The notes: a model not told the origin generated them from the sequence alone. A stretch of 59,811 nt of DNA, filler included, from 4 parts of 4 records of this genome joined end to end with filler, not necessarily neighbours in it; one strand, 5' to 3'. Counted from the whole stretch's first letter, positions 47,876 through 57,949 are shown. Made by a program: numbers and translations.

Positions 47876-49324
47876 TCAGGTGCTGATCTGATCGGCCAGA
47901 TTGGCCAGATCGACAGGCATACAACGATTTCGCCCTGTTTCCTTGGCTTGATAAAGTGCGGCATCGACCAGCGAATAAAGAATGTCGGCAACATCTGTGT
48001 TTTCGCGGGATTTCAGCAATGCAACGTTTTTGGCAACTTGCGCATCCAATTTGCCAGCCGTCCCCTGTGCAGGCAGTGATATCACCCCGAAACTTGACGT
48101 GTAGTTCAAATGCTTGCCGCCGAAGGCAACAGCATCCTGTTCAACCGCGCTCCGAAGACGCTCTGCAAGGATAATGGCACCTTCCGCCCCCTCCCCCGGA
48201 AGAAGAACCGCAAATTCTTCCCCGCCCAGTCGGGCTGGTAAATCGATATCACGCAGGCTGTATCTCAAAAGCTTTGCCAGTGATACCAAAACCGCATCTC
48301 CGGCCTGATGACCATAGGTGTCATTCAAAAGCTTGAACCTATCAATATCGAGCAAAATGATACTCATCGGCGTATCGCGACGCTTCCAGATCGAAAGGTT
48401 TTCTTCAAGACGCATCATAAAAATGCGACGGTTGGCAAGACCGGTCAACGGATCTGTCGAAGCCAGCACTTCAAGCTTTCCCATGGCTTCATTCAATGCG
48501 CGCGTCCGACTTTCAACCCGCGTTTCCAGATTGACATTTGCGTCCTGCAAATCATCACGCGCGCGCTGCAACTGCCCGATTTGCCCCCGTATCATGCCAA
48601 AAAGCCCTACCGTAACCGAACTCAGCAATTGCACTTCATCGTCATGACGATACGTTGGCGGCATATCCAGCGACCGTTTAACATCCGACGGATCGGAATT
48701 GACGATGTAATGCGCCAGCTTCACCAAGGGGCGCGAAAACACAAAATAACTAAGCGAGGCAAATACCACCGCCATGGTGGCCGCAAAAACCATGTTGGCC
48801 AAAAACGACCAGGCAGACCGCGACATGAACGCAGTTACATAAACCTGGGGATTCAGGGCAACGACCAGTGTTCCCAAGGCATCGGCAGACGGGTTGTTTT
48901 CATTTTGAAGCGGGATTTCAAGCTGCTGCAAACCGCCAAACAACTTTTCCGCCCATCGCGAGGTTGGAATTTCCCCTACCGGACGTTTTCTTTGATAAAG
49001 AACGGAGCCATCGCCAAGCTGTATTTTGACACTGGAAATGGATCTTTGCAGCATCATGCCGCGCGCCATGACCTCGGCCAATGCTGCATCCTTTTTTGTC
49101 ACCGCTTCGGCCGCCACAGGCAGGCTGCTATCAACAACACGCTCGTTGGCCTGCTGATAGACACCCTCAAGCCATTGATAGTCGGTGAAAATCTGAAAAG
49201 CCGTGATAACAAAACCAAGTAGCATTGCGGCCAACAGGGAATATTTAAGCTGCCTTGTCGCAACAGAACTGCCAAGCTTCAGTCCAGACAGGTCCTGAAC
49301 GGTATCCTTTCCTGTCTTAGACAC
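47876..49324 (-). CDS. Membrane-bound diguanylate cyclase
   Basis: Two TM helices, HAMP-like linker, TDPLTGLANRR, RDID I-site, GGEEF active site. Confidence 0.92.
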   Translation of the reverse strand: MSKTGKDTVQDLSGLKLGSSVATRQLKYSLLAAMLLGFVITAFQIFTDYQWLEGVYQQANERVVDSSLPVAAEAVTKKDAALAEVMARGMMLQRSISSVKIQLGDGSVLYQRKRPVGEIPTSRWAEKLFGGLQQLEIPLQNENNPSADALGTLVVALNPQVYVTAFMSRSAWSFLANMVFAATMAVVFASLSYFVFSRPLVKLAHYIVNSDPSDVKRSLDMPPTYRHDDEVQLLSSVTVGLFGMIRGQIGQLQRARDDLQDANVNLETRVESRTRALNEAMGKLEVLASTDPLTGLANRRIFMMRLEENLSIWKRRDTPMSIILLDIDRFKLLNDTYGHQAGDAVLVSLAKLLRYSLRDIDLPARLGGEEFAVLLPGEGAEGAIILAERLRSAVEQDAVAFGGKHLNYTSSFGVISLPAQGTAGKLDAQVAKNVALLKSRENTDVADILYSLVDAALYQAKETGRNRCMPVDLANLADQIST

Positions 49325-49354
49325 ACGGCACCCTTTCCATTAAAGCCAGTCCAA

Positions 49355-50503
49355 TCAGCGCGACGGTATTGGCCAATCACGTTCCTGCGCCGAATTCAGT
49401 TCCTCGATCCTGAACCGATAGTCCCTTTGTTCCGGATTGCTGACAAGGCTGAACTGTGAAAAATCAATCTTATTCCAGTCACGGTCGCCAAGAACCTGCT
49501 TGTAGGTCTCGAAATTATCCCGTGTAATTGCCTGCATTCCGAAAGATATTTCGGGATTTGTTGTCAGTTTTTCAATGCCTTCAAGGTAATCTTTTAGCAA
49601 TACCATAATCCACGCACCCGCCAGAAAATGTCCGCCATGCGTCATCGTCATTTTGCCACTGGCAACATTTTCCAATCCTTCGGCGGACCAGTTCAAGCCG
49701 CCAACAAAGACATCCTTCCCGGGAACTTTTCCGAATTCTTCGATCGCCTTGATTGCACCAAGGGCGATACTGTCATTGGCAGCCCACACCGCATCCAGAC
49801 AGCCACCTGTGGCAAGCCATTCCGCAGTCCTGCGATAGGCCTCCTCAAATGACCAATTGACCACAAGGCGACGCTGTTCACGAAGCAAGGGATACTGTTC
49901 CAATGCCATATCAAGCCCCCGGAGCCGCTGCAGCGACGCCGGTGTCATGCTGTCCCCGGCCAAAGACAAAAGGCAAAGGTCTTTGCGCAAACCGCCATTA
50001 TGTGCGTCCTTTGCGGCAATAGCCAACGACTGGGCAATTTCAAATCCGGCACGCTCGTTATCAGGAACCAGCGTCGCAATCCAGAAGCCGAGTTCCCTGC
50101 CCGGTCGGCCAAATCGCTGCTTTTGTTCATCGGTGAGATCATTGAGCAGCATCAGAACCGGGATGCTGCGTTCCTGCGCCTCAAGAACGATCCGGGTACC
50201 TTGCTGATGTTCATTAACCGCGATGATGTAATCGGGCGGGGGATTTATGGCAAAAACACGATTGGCGCTTTCGGCCATCTGTTTCCAGTCACGGTCGCTG
50301 TCAAACACAACAAGATCAAAACCGAACTGATCGGCTGCGGCCTGCATGGTGTCGCGCACGTCTTTCCAGAAACCGCGATCACCATAACCCGGATTGATAA
50401 AAGCGATGCGCGGTTCGGAAACATTGTTCAGGTCACGCGCATCAACATGCATCGCGCCCCCCAAAATCGCGCACAGCGCAGCGATCCAGCTTACAAGTTT
50501 CAA
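49355..50503 (-). CDS. Periplasmic solute-binding protein (type I, sugar-binding fold)
   Basis: Signal peptide, FINPG, DNERAG, WAANDSIALGA, GGLNWS, GGHF. Confidence 0.85.
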   Translation of the reverse strand: MKLVSWIAALCAILGGAMHVDARDLNNVSEPRIAFINPGYGDRGFWKDVRDTMQAAADQFGFDLVVFDSDRDWKQMAESANRVFAINPPPDYIIAVNEHQQGTRIVLEAQERSIPVLMLLNDLTDEQKQRFGRPGRELGFWIATLVPDNERAGFEIAQSLAIAAKDAHNGGLRKDLCLLSLAGDSMTPASLQRLRGLDMALEQYPLLREQRRLVVNWSFEEAYRRTAEWLATGGCLDAVWAANDSIALGAIKAIEEFGKVPGKDVFVGGLNWSAEGLENVASGKMTMTHGGHFLAGAWIMVLLKDYLEGIEKLTTNPEISFGMQAITRDNFETYKQVLGDRDWNKIDFSQFSLVSNPEQRDYRFRIEELNSAQERDWPIPSR

Positions 50504-50634
50504 AGACTATTCCCTCGACACCGGTCACAGGCCTTTCCCGCCGTGCAAAGGACGATGATCGCCTGTTTATTTTCAGTGTCGCCGCATTAACCAATTATAT
50601 CCGAAAGGTCAAATCAAGTTGGCCTACGGAAGGA

Positions 50635-51378
50635 TCAGATCGTCTGGGCGGCACCATCCAAACGCAACATGACTTCCTGCTGAACCGCACGGAAAAGCGC
50701 CGCATAATCCAGATTGACATAGTCAATCTGCCATTCGACAAGTTTGGCGAAAAGTTCCGCATTGGGCGTATCGATGAAAATCATCGTCTCAAGACCACGC
50801 GCCTTTGCTTCATGTATTGCGTCGCGCGTCACATTTTCCTCAAGAAATTCGAAAATATGTGCCTGTTCATGATGGATCGCCTGTTCTAGCGAACCGGCAA
50901 TATGAAGCTGCACATTGCGCCGGATATCCGGTGCAATCCGGCGCAGGTCGTCACGAATGTCGGCAGAAAAAGAACTGACAAAAACATCGTTTCCGAAGGC
51001 AAAACCATCAAGCATGTCGACAACCCTGCCCGCATCTGCCTGCTTGATCTCGCAATATATTTTCACCCGCCCCTTTAGACGGCGCAGAAAGTCTTCAAGC
51101 CGCGGCACCGGCTCGCCTGCGAATGCCGGATTGAACCAAGAACCGGCATCCAGCCGGTCAATTTCCGCGCTGGTCATTTCCGCAATGGCACCGGTGCCAT
51201 CGGTTGTGCGGTCCACGGTTGCGTCATGAATGACATACAGAACTTCGTCGGCGGACTGGCGCACATCGAATTCGATATAGTCCGCCCCCGCCACAATCGC
51301 ACTTTCGGCGCTGGCAAAGGTATTTTCCGGCGCATTAAGGCTGTCGCCACGGTGATAAACAAGTTGTACTGGCTTCAC
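50635..51378 (-). CDS. Glycerophosphodiester phosphodiesterase
   Basis: HRG, APENT, IEFDV, HDATVDRTTDG, EIK; GTG start with GGAGG RBS. Confidence 0.9.
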   Translation of the reverse strand: MKPVQLVYHRGDSLNAPENTFASAESAIVAGADYIEFDVRQSADEVLYVIHDATVDRTTDGTGAIAEMTSAEIDRLDAGSWFNPAFAGEPVPRLEDFLRRLKGRVKIYCEIKQADAGRVVDMLDGFAFGNDVFVSSFSADIRDDLRRIAPDIRRNVQLHIAGSLEQAIHHEQAHIFEFLEENVTRDAIHEAKARGLETMIFIDTPNAELFAKLVEWQIDYVNLDYAALFRAVQQEVMLRLDGAAQTI

Positions 51379-51579
51379 GGGACCCTCCATATGGCTCGAC
51401 TGGCCATAGGGAAGGTAGGTCGACAGTCCCGCGCGCAGCAAGCATGTCAGGTCAATTTAACCTTACTGTTACCTTGCCTGTTACGTCGCGAAACCGCATC
51501 CGGAAGATATCAGGCACAAAAATTATGCGGCGTCCCGCAAACAGCAGGACACCCAAAAGTCACCGAAAGGAAGCCCAGT

Positions 51580-51765
51580 CTAACCAATATCGCGCAACGC
51601 ACGGGCCAGTTCGTCGGTCGACATACTCGCGCGATTCTCGATCCCGTGCTGCTTGGCAAGGTGATAAAGATCGTCGCGCCGCCATTTTTCATAGGCCGGT
51701 TCGAACTGTCTTTCTCGCGATGACGTTGCCGGCGCATTTCCAGAAAATTTCTGATAGCTAGCCAC
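51580..51765 (-). CDS. Small protein with Rho-N-terminal-like helix-extension-helix domain
   Basis: YEKWRRDDLYHLAKQHGIENRASMSTDELARAL; RBS AGGAGG. Confidence 0.75.
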   Translation of the reverse strand: MASYQKFSGNAPATSSRERQFEPAYEKWRRDDLYHLAKQHGIENRASMSTDELARALRDIG

Positions 51766-51808
51766 TTTTGCCTCCTGAGGGGGATGGTCTTAAGCGGAAC
51801 TGGCATCG

Positions 51809-51824
51809 GGCAATTTCGATGCCC
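51809..51824 (-). promoter_or_regulatory. Putative sigma-54 (-24/-12) promoter
   Basis: Minus strand GGGCAT-CGAAA-TTGCC (GG-N10-GC spacing) about 45 nt upstream of the 51765 start. Confidence 0.5.
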
Positions 51825-52065
51825 TTTGTGACACTGCCATTACATTTCATTTGGGATGGAATGAAAAAATGTCTACGGTTTCGAACAAAATTTACTGATT
51901 TCTTTCGGTAAGATCATGATCTGAAACGACAATCCCGGAAAGATCGCCGCCCAACAATTGCAATTTATCAACAAAACATCATTGGATCGTATTTTTTACT
52001 ATTTCGTGTTCACGGAGTTTGTTAGCGTCATTGGCAAATCAACAATCACAATCAGGGAAGCCCCC

Positions 52066-53217
52066 ATGGCATTGCATTTTGAACGCGCCGAACTGTCGGC
52101 CCGCCGCGCAAAAACGGTTGCACGTCTTGAAGCCGCCGGTCTTGATGGCCTGCTGATGTTCCGCCAGGAAAGCATGTTCTATCTGACGGGGTATGACACG
52201 TTCGGTTATGTCTTTTTCCAGTGCCTGTATCTGGGGGCTGACGGCCGCATTGCCCTTATTACCCGCGCACCGGACTTGCGTCAGGCACAACATACATCCG
52301 ACATCGAAGATATCCGTATCTGGGTCGATGGCCCGGATGTGAACCCTGCATTGCAACTGCGCGACATGCTGGCAGAGTTTGGCTGTGGCGGCAAAAAACT
52401 TGGCGTTGAATACGATGCCTATGGGTTGACCGCCGCCAATGGCAAAAAGCTTGATGCAGCACTTGACGGTTTCTGCACGCTTACCGACGCATCCCGTCTG
52501 GTATCGGAACTGCGCGTTGTCAAAAGCCCGGCGGAACTCGATTATATCCGCACCGCCGCCAGTCTTGCCGATGACGCATGGGATGCCGCCCTTGAAACCG
52601 TCCATGCAGGTGCGTTTGAAGGCGACATACTGGCCGCCATGCAGGGCGCTATTTTCAAAGGGGGCGGGGATTATCCCGGCAATGAATTCATTATCGGTGC
52701 CGGACGCGATGCACTGCTTTGCCGTTACTTCACCGGGCGCAAACATCTGGCTGACACGGATCAGATCACGCTGGAATGGGCAGGAGCCTATCGGCATTAT
52801 CATGCTGCGATGATGCGCACCATCCCAATCGGCAAGGCAACATCGCGCCACGTTGAAATGCACAAGGTCGCAACGGATGCCATGGTCGCCTGCCGCGATG
52901 CGCTTAAACCCGGCGAACCAATCGGCAAGGTATTCGATGCCTATGCCAGGGTTTGCGATGCAGGCGGCATGAAAGCCCACCGTCTAAACGCGTGCGGTTA
53001 TTCAATGGGGACGACCTTTGCCCCGAACTGGATGGACTGGCCGATGTTTTATCATGGCAATCCGGTGATCGCCGAACCGGGCATGGTTTACTTCCTGCAT
53101 ATGATCCTGATGGACAGCGAAAGCGGCATCGCCATGTGCCCCGGCCATTCGGTGATTGTTACCGAAACCGGCAACGAAGCCATATCACGTCATCAACTCG
53201 ACCTGGTCACGCGCTGA
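52066..53217 (+). CDS. M24-family (Xaa-Pro peptidase/creatinase fold) hydrolase, DoeA-like subtype
   Basis: FYLTGYD, RVVKSPAE, EWAGAYRHYHAAMMRT, GYSMG, WMDW. Confidence 0.85.
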   Translation: MALHFERAELSARRAKTVARLEAAGLDGLLMFRQESMFYLTGYDTFGYVFFQCLYLGADGRIALITRAPDLRQAQHTSDIEDIRIWVDGPDVNPALQLRDMLAEFGCGGKKLGVEYDAYGLTAANGKKLDAALDGFCTLTDASRLVSELRVVKSPAELDYIRTAASLADDAWDAALETVHAGAFEGDILAAMQGAIFKGGGDYPGNEFIIGAGRDALLCRYFTGRKHLADTDQITLEWAGAYRHYHAAMMRTIPIGKATSRHVEMHKVATDAMVACRDALKPGEPIGKVFDAYARVCDAGGMKAHRLNACGYSMGTTFAPNWMDWPMFYHGNPVIAEPGMVYFLHMILMDSESGIAMCPGHSVIVTETGNEAISRHQLDLVTR

Positions 53218-53237
53218 TATACAAAGCAGTTTTCCAC

Positions 53238-53270
53238 AAAAGGCCTGCTCGAATATGAAGCGGGCCTTTT
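53238..53270. terminator. Bidirectional intrinsic terminator
   Basis: AAAAGGCCTGCT-loop-AGCGGGCCTTTT between convergent genes. Confidence 0.75.
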
Positions 53271-53285
53271 CGTGTATTGCAGCTA

Positions 53286-55766
53286 TCAGTCCTGCAATGC
53301 CTTGCGCATGGCATCTGCCGTGTCTTCGGCAAGACGATCCAGTTTGGCAATCCGATCATGGATCGCCCCATCAAAGTCGCCTTCATAAAGTTCCAACTGG
53401 CGGGCATCGACCGCCAGCTTTTCTGCCGCAAGGTTTGCCGCCATTCCCTTGATCGTGTGTGCCGCACGGCGAAGGCTTTCGCGGTCACCATCGGCAATTG
53501 CTGCGATGATCTTTTCGCGTTCTTCCTGATAGGACGCCGGCAGCAGGTCAATCAGGCTGGCCATCTGATCTGCACCCAAGGCACGACTCATTTCCTCGAA
53601 ACGTATTTTGTCGATCAGATTCATTTTGGTCTCTTTGGCAGATATGTTTGCTTTAGCCGGCTCGGGCACGGGTTTTGTGTCTCCCGTTGCGTTATCACTG
53701 TTAACCGTTCGCGCCGGACTATCTACGGGCAAGGCGTCGGGCAGGTTCACTTCCATATCGGCATCTTTAACCTGCAAACCGGATGTTACAGAATACCCGC
53801 CGCCACGGTTTCTCAGGAAGCGTAACAGAACACCGTAAAGCCTGCGTTCTTCGACAGGCTTAGTCATAACCTCGTCCATGCCCGCCGCCAGAAAATCACG
53901 ATGGCGATCACTGAATGCTTCGGCCGTTACACAAATGATCGGAACACGTCCACCTCTGGTGACACGTTCCAGTTCACGGATATGGCGGGTCGCCCCCTCA
54001 CCATCCAGAACCGGCATATGGGCATCCATCAGGATCGCATCATAGTCATTCTGCTGGAAGGCATGCACGGCCTGGCGACCATTGGGGACGATATCGACAA
54101 CCAATCCATATCGCAGCAACAGGCCCCGGATCACGTTGGCATTAATCTCGTTATCCTCGGCAACAAGAATGCGACTACCCGAAAGAACACTGTCACCTCT
54201 GCTCTCGGCAATCTGGCCGCCCCCATGCTCATGCCGTTCCGATCGGCGGGCTTCAAACGGCAGCCACACATCAAATCGCGTTCCCTTGCCCTCGGTACTA
54301 TCGACCTTCATGAAGCCGCCCATCAATTCCGTCAGACTGCGTGCAATCGAAAGACCAAGCCCCGTTCCACCATATTGCCGCATGGTGGAATTGTCGGCCT
54401 GGCTAAAGGGGGAAAATATCTGTTCCTGACGATCCCGCGGAATTCCGATGCCGGTATCGATAACGGCAAAATGGTAAACTTCCTCATCCGCAATCAGGTC
54501 GCGCACCCGTTCCGGTACATTTTCCTCCCGGGTGACTTCCAACCTTACCGATCCCTTCCGGGTGAATTTCACTGCATTTGACAACAGGTTCCACAGTATC
54601 TGGCGAAACCGGACTTCATCACCGGTAAACACCCTTGTTGCCAACGGCGCATCATCACAATGCAGGGAAAGGTTCTTTTCGCGTGCCATGTCGGCAATCG
54701 CACGAAACAGATCATAGGTAATGTCGGATGGGTGAAAGGGGCGTTTTTCCAACTCGACCCGACCGGCCTCGATCTTGCTCATATCAAGGATATCGTTCAA
54801 AAGCGCCATCAGCGCCCGCCCGGATGACAAGATCGCACTGACCCGTTCCTTTTGCGCATCGTCAAGCTGACTTTGCCGCAACAATTGCGCCATGCCCAGA
54901 ATGCCATTTAACGGCGTTCTGATTTCGTGGCTCATGGTCGCCAGAAATTCGCTTTTGGCCGAACTTGCCTGAAATGACTGTCGATAATGGCTGCGCAATT
55001 CCAGCAACATGAAAGCCAGGGCAAAACTGTAACTGATCAGGCGCGATGGAATGATGAAGCGCGCGACAATATCGGCGTGTTCCGGACCGAATACGAAAAA
55101 TGCCAGATGATTGAAGCAGCCAATCAGCAGCGTGAAACAGATCAGGCTTTCGGAAAGGGAAAACCGGTAATGGCACCGCACCAGATACCCCGCCGCCCCG
55201 GCAAAAATCATGATTGTCGTCGGAAACAGGATAAGCGTGCTGATATTTTGCAATGCCCCGCTGACATCGCTTGAAACACCGGGCATGACCCAGACCAGAA
55301 ATGCCTGAACCGCGACACCGGCGATGATCAGCCCGGGCACCATTGCCCACACCTGATCAGTACCCTGACGGCTTTCATGACGGTTTGCGACATGCCAGCT
55401 CATGACAACCAGCCAGAAAGAGCCCAGTCGTAACACAAGAACCAGAAGGCCGGTAAAGGAACCAAGTGCCTGTTCCTGCCCCAACACGCTGCGGGCCGCA
55501 AGAAGGTTGGGAATACCCAAAAGGTCGCTGATCAGCAGCACCCCCATCGCGGCCGCCAAATAGAAAATCTGCTTGCGCTTGGTGATGTCGAACAGGATCC
55601 AGCCAATGCACATCGACAGCAGCGCGATGAATTCCACGACCACCAGAACCGAAACGGTAATGCCCGACACCAGATCGTCATCAAGCGACGAGAAAAGCAG
55701 AAACACAGGAGCGATGGCACAGAAGGCAAGAAATACGACACCAGGAAGGCTCAGCATTTTTGGCAT
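53286..55766 (-). CDS. Multi-TM hybrid histidine kinase with REC and HPt domains (start 55766 or 55874)
   Basis: About seven TM segments; MSHEIRTPLNG, NLLSNAVKFT, DTGIGI, GGTGLGL; REC AEDN..LMDAHMP; HPt AHTIKG. Confidence 0.92.
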   Translation of the reverse strand: MPKMLSLPGVVFLAFCAIAPVFLLFSSLDDDLVSGITVSVLVVVEFIALLSMCIGWILFDITKRKQIFYLAAAMGVLLISDLLGIPNLLAARSVLGQEQALGSFTGLLVLVLRLGSFWLVVMSWHVANRHESRQGTDQVWAMVPGLIIAGVAVQAFLVWVMPGVSSDVSGALQNISTLILFPTTIMIFAGAAGYLVRCHYRFSLSESLICFTLLIGCFNHLAFFVFGPEHADIVARFIIPSRLISYSFALAFMLLELRSHYRQSFQASSAKSEFLATMSHEIRTPLNGILGMAQLLRQSQLDDAQKERVSAILSSGRALMALLNDILDMSKIEAGRVELEKRPFHPSDITYDLFRAIADMAREKNLSLHCDDAPLATRVFTGDEVRFRQILWNLLSNAVKFTRKGSVRLEVTREENVPERVRDLIADEEVYHFAVIDTGIGIPRDRQEQIFSPFSQADNSTMRQYGGTGLGLSIARSLTELMGGFMKVDSTEGKGTRFDVWLPFEARRSERHEHGGGQIAESRGDSVLSGSRILVAEDNEINANVIRGLLLRYGLVVDIVPNGRQAVHAFQQNDYDAILMDAHMPVLDGEGATRHIRELERVTRGGRVPIICVTAEAFSDRHRDFLAAGMDEVMTKPVEERRLYGVLLRFLRNRGGGYSVTSGLQVKDADMEVNLPDALPVDSPARTVNSDNATGDTKPVPEPAKANISAKETKMNLIDKIRFEEMSRALGADQMASLIDLLPASYQEEREKIIAAIADGDRESLRRAAHTIKGMAANLAAEKLAVDARQLELYEGDFDGAIHDRIAKLDRLAEDTADAMRKALQD

Positions 55767-55848
55767 ATTGGCATCGACCCCGGTTCTGGTCTTTTTGACC
55801 GTTGTTAGCGTGCCATTCCGGCATCTGGAACGCGATGCAGGGCTTTTG

Positions 55849-56733
55849 TCATGCCCAACCTGACAGTTCGGCATTAATGCTGTTTGCCCATCGCAGGGTA
55901 TCGTCGTCCATCGATTGCATATGCCGGTATTTCGCAAATTGCTGCACGATCAGTTCAAGCCGTTCATGAAACGCCGGTGGCTGGTCCAGATCAAGCAGAC
56001 GATCCGCCAGGGGATCAAATGCTGCATTCTGAAATTCAAGCGACAGACTGATCCTTGGTTCGGTGGCAAAGGCACTGGCGCGCCCACCCCAATGATACAA
56101 GTCCTGCCGCCAGCCCATCACGGTCCCCGGTCTCGCGGGTAGTGCCCGAACATCTTGCAAAACAACATCTTCCGGTTTAGCAACAGGGCAAGGATAACAC
56201 TTTTCAAATGAACGCGGCAATACGTACATACAGCCGTTGTCGGGGCTTGCAACGCCCAGTGGCACCCAAAGTGACAGGCTGATCAGCATGTCATCGCCAA
56301 TAACACTTTCCCCCTGATAATCGCGATGCGGCGGCCACCCGCGCCCGCCCTGCCCCGGATCGACGTGCCATGCCCAGAAATGCGGAAGCAGCTTTACCCG
56401 ATCCCCCAGAAAATGGGTCAGCAACGGGCGAAGCCGCATGAAAATCTGCCATGCCTCGTCATACAGATAGATCATCGCTGGCGGCAAACCGTTGACCACC
56501 AATGTTTCAATCCCGGTGCGCAATTGCGCCAGACTTTCAACAGGCAACAGATCATCAATCAGGAAATATCCATCCTGCCAGAACCGGTCGGAATGCGCCG
56601 AACCGTCAAATCCGCCCTTGTCATAACCGACCGACGGCACATCACAGATCCCCGCACCGGCGGCGGAAATTGTCAGTTGCGGGTTGATCGAAAGCCAACT
56701 TTCACGTTGGCAGGCCTGAAACGCAGTCATCAT
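55849..56733 (-). CDS. Phytanoyl-CoA dioxygenase-like Fe(II)/2-oxoglutarate enzyme
   Basis: FWQDGYF, PHRD (HxD), SLWVPL, NGCMYVLP, distal His in LYHWGG, PRISLS. Confidence 0.82.
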   Translation of the reverse strand: MMTAFQACQRESWLSINPQLTISAAGAGICDVPSVGYDKGGFDGSAHSDRFWQDGYFLIDDLLPVESLAQLRTGIETLVVNGLPPAMIYLYDEAWQIFMRLRPLLTHFLGDRVKLLPHFWAWHVDPGQGGRGWPPHRDYQGESVIGDDMLISLSLWVPLGVASPDNGCMYVLPRSFEKCYPCPVAKPEDVVLQDVRALPARPGTVMGWRQDLYHWGGRASAFATEPRISLSLEFQNAAFDPLADRLLDLDQPPAFHERLELIVQQFAKYRHMQSMDDDTLRWANSINAELSGWA

Positions 56734-56881
56734 GTCGGAAAATCCAATGCAGGGTCTGGCGGACGATACGAAGTCACCTGCTGCCGCGCAAGTCCGACTT
56801 GCGCCCGATCCTGTCACGCGTTACGCAGATAGCATTCTGTTTCACCGCTCTGTATCCCCATTTCGGGCCAAAGGCACATTC

Positions 56882-57937
56882 ATGATCCTGCAATCCCCAT
56901 CCCATGGTGGCGCTATCGATGCGGCGGCCGAAAAATACGGCATTGCCGCACCGGACTGGCTTGATCTGTCGACGGGGATCAATGCAACCGCCTGGCCAAT
57001 CGCAGCGATTGATGCCATCCATTGGCAACGATTGCCGCTGGCAAGTGAACTGGACGCCCTGAAACAGGCCGCAGCGGACTATTACGGCATTTCACATCCC
57101 AACCAGATTGCCTGTGCGCCGGGAACGCAGGCATTGATCCAGACCATTCCCTTCTGGTTTGCCGATCAGGGCAGAACCGCAACCGTTCACATTATCGGCC
57201 CGACATATGCCGAACATGCACTGGGCTGGAAACGTGCGGGGTTCAGAACGGAAACCGTCACAACAACACCGGAAAACCGGGTATCGAACATGGCCGATAT
57301 CCTGCAATCCCCTGGTGGCCGCGATGACATTGTCATTCTGGTTAATCCGAACAATCCCGATGGCGGCCTGATAGACCAGACCACCCTGACAGAACTTGCC
57401 GAAATGGCAACAGAACATGGCAAATGGCTTCTGATTGACGAGGCCTTTATGGATTGCAGCCCGGAATACAGCATTTGCAGACAATGCCATAAATTCGAAC
57501 ACATGATTGTCCTGCGTTCATTTGGCAAGTTTTTCGGCCTTGCAGGATTACGTCTTGGATGTGCCGTCATGCCCCCGGAACTGGCCGCTGATCTAACCGA
57601 CCGGATCGGTCCATGGGCTATCGCGGGTCCGGCACTAACCATCGCGCGGGCGGCATTTGAAGATCGGGTATGGCAAACCGATATGCGCCAACAGTTGTCG
57701 ATTGATGCAAACCGCCTTGATAATCTGATTGCCAGCCTGACCGATCTGGAACGGATCGGCGGCACCATACTGTTTCGGCTATATCACGGCAAGAATGCCG
57801 CAAAGCTTGCGCACCATCTGGGCACGCAGGGCATTCTGGTCCGGTTGTTTGATGATCATGCTGACCGTGTCCGGTTTGGTCTGCCGGGCACGGAAAAGGA
57901 CTGGATCAGGCTGGAAAAGGCGCTGGCGGGCCTTTAA
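56882..57937 (+). CDS. cobD: Threonine-phosphate decarboxylase (cobalamin pathway, CobD/CobC)
   Basis: HGG...WLDLSTGIN, PGTQALI, VNPNNPDG, DEAF, LRSFGKFFGLAGLRLG. Confidence 0.88.
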   Translation: MILQSPSHGGAIDAAAEKYGIAAPDWLDLSTGINATAWPIAAIDAIHWQRLPLASELDALKQAAADYYGISHPNQIACAPGTQALIQTIPFWFADQGRTATVHIIGPTYAEHALGWKRAGFRTETVTTTPENRVSNMADILQSPGGRDDIVILVNPNNPDGGLIDQTTLTELAEMATEHGKWLLIDEAFMDCSPEYSICRQCHKFEHMIVLRSFGKFFGLAGLRLGCAVMPPELAADLTDRIGPWAIAGPALTIARAAFEDRVWQTDMRQQLSIDANRLDNLIASLTDLERIGGTILFRLYHGKNAAKLAHHLGTQGILVRLFDDHADRVRFGLPGTEKDWIRLEKALAGL

Positions 57938-57949
57938 AAGCTGCCTTGT

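Noticed and set aside
56882-57937. PLP enzyme beside the luxO-like gene as a CqsA-type autoinducer synthase
   Set aside because: Motifs (WLDLSTGIN, LRSFGKFFGLAGLRLG) are those of cobalamin-pathway CobD/CobC
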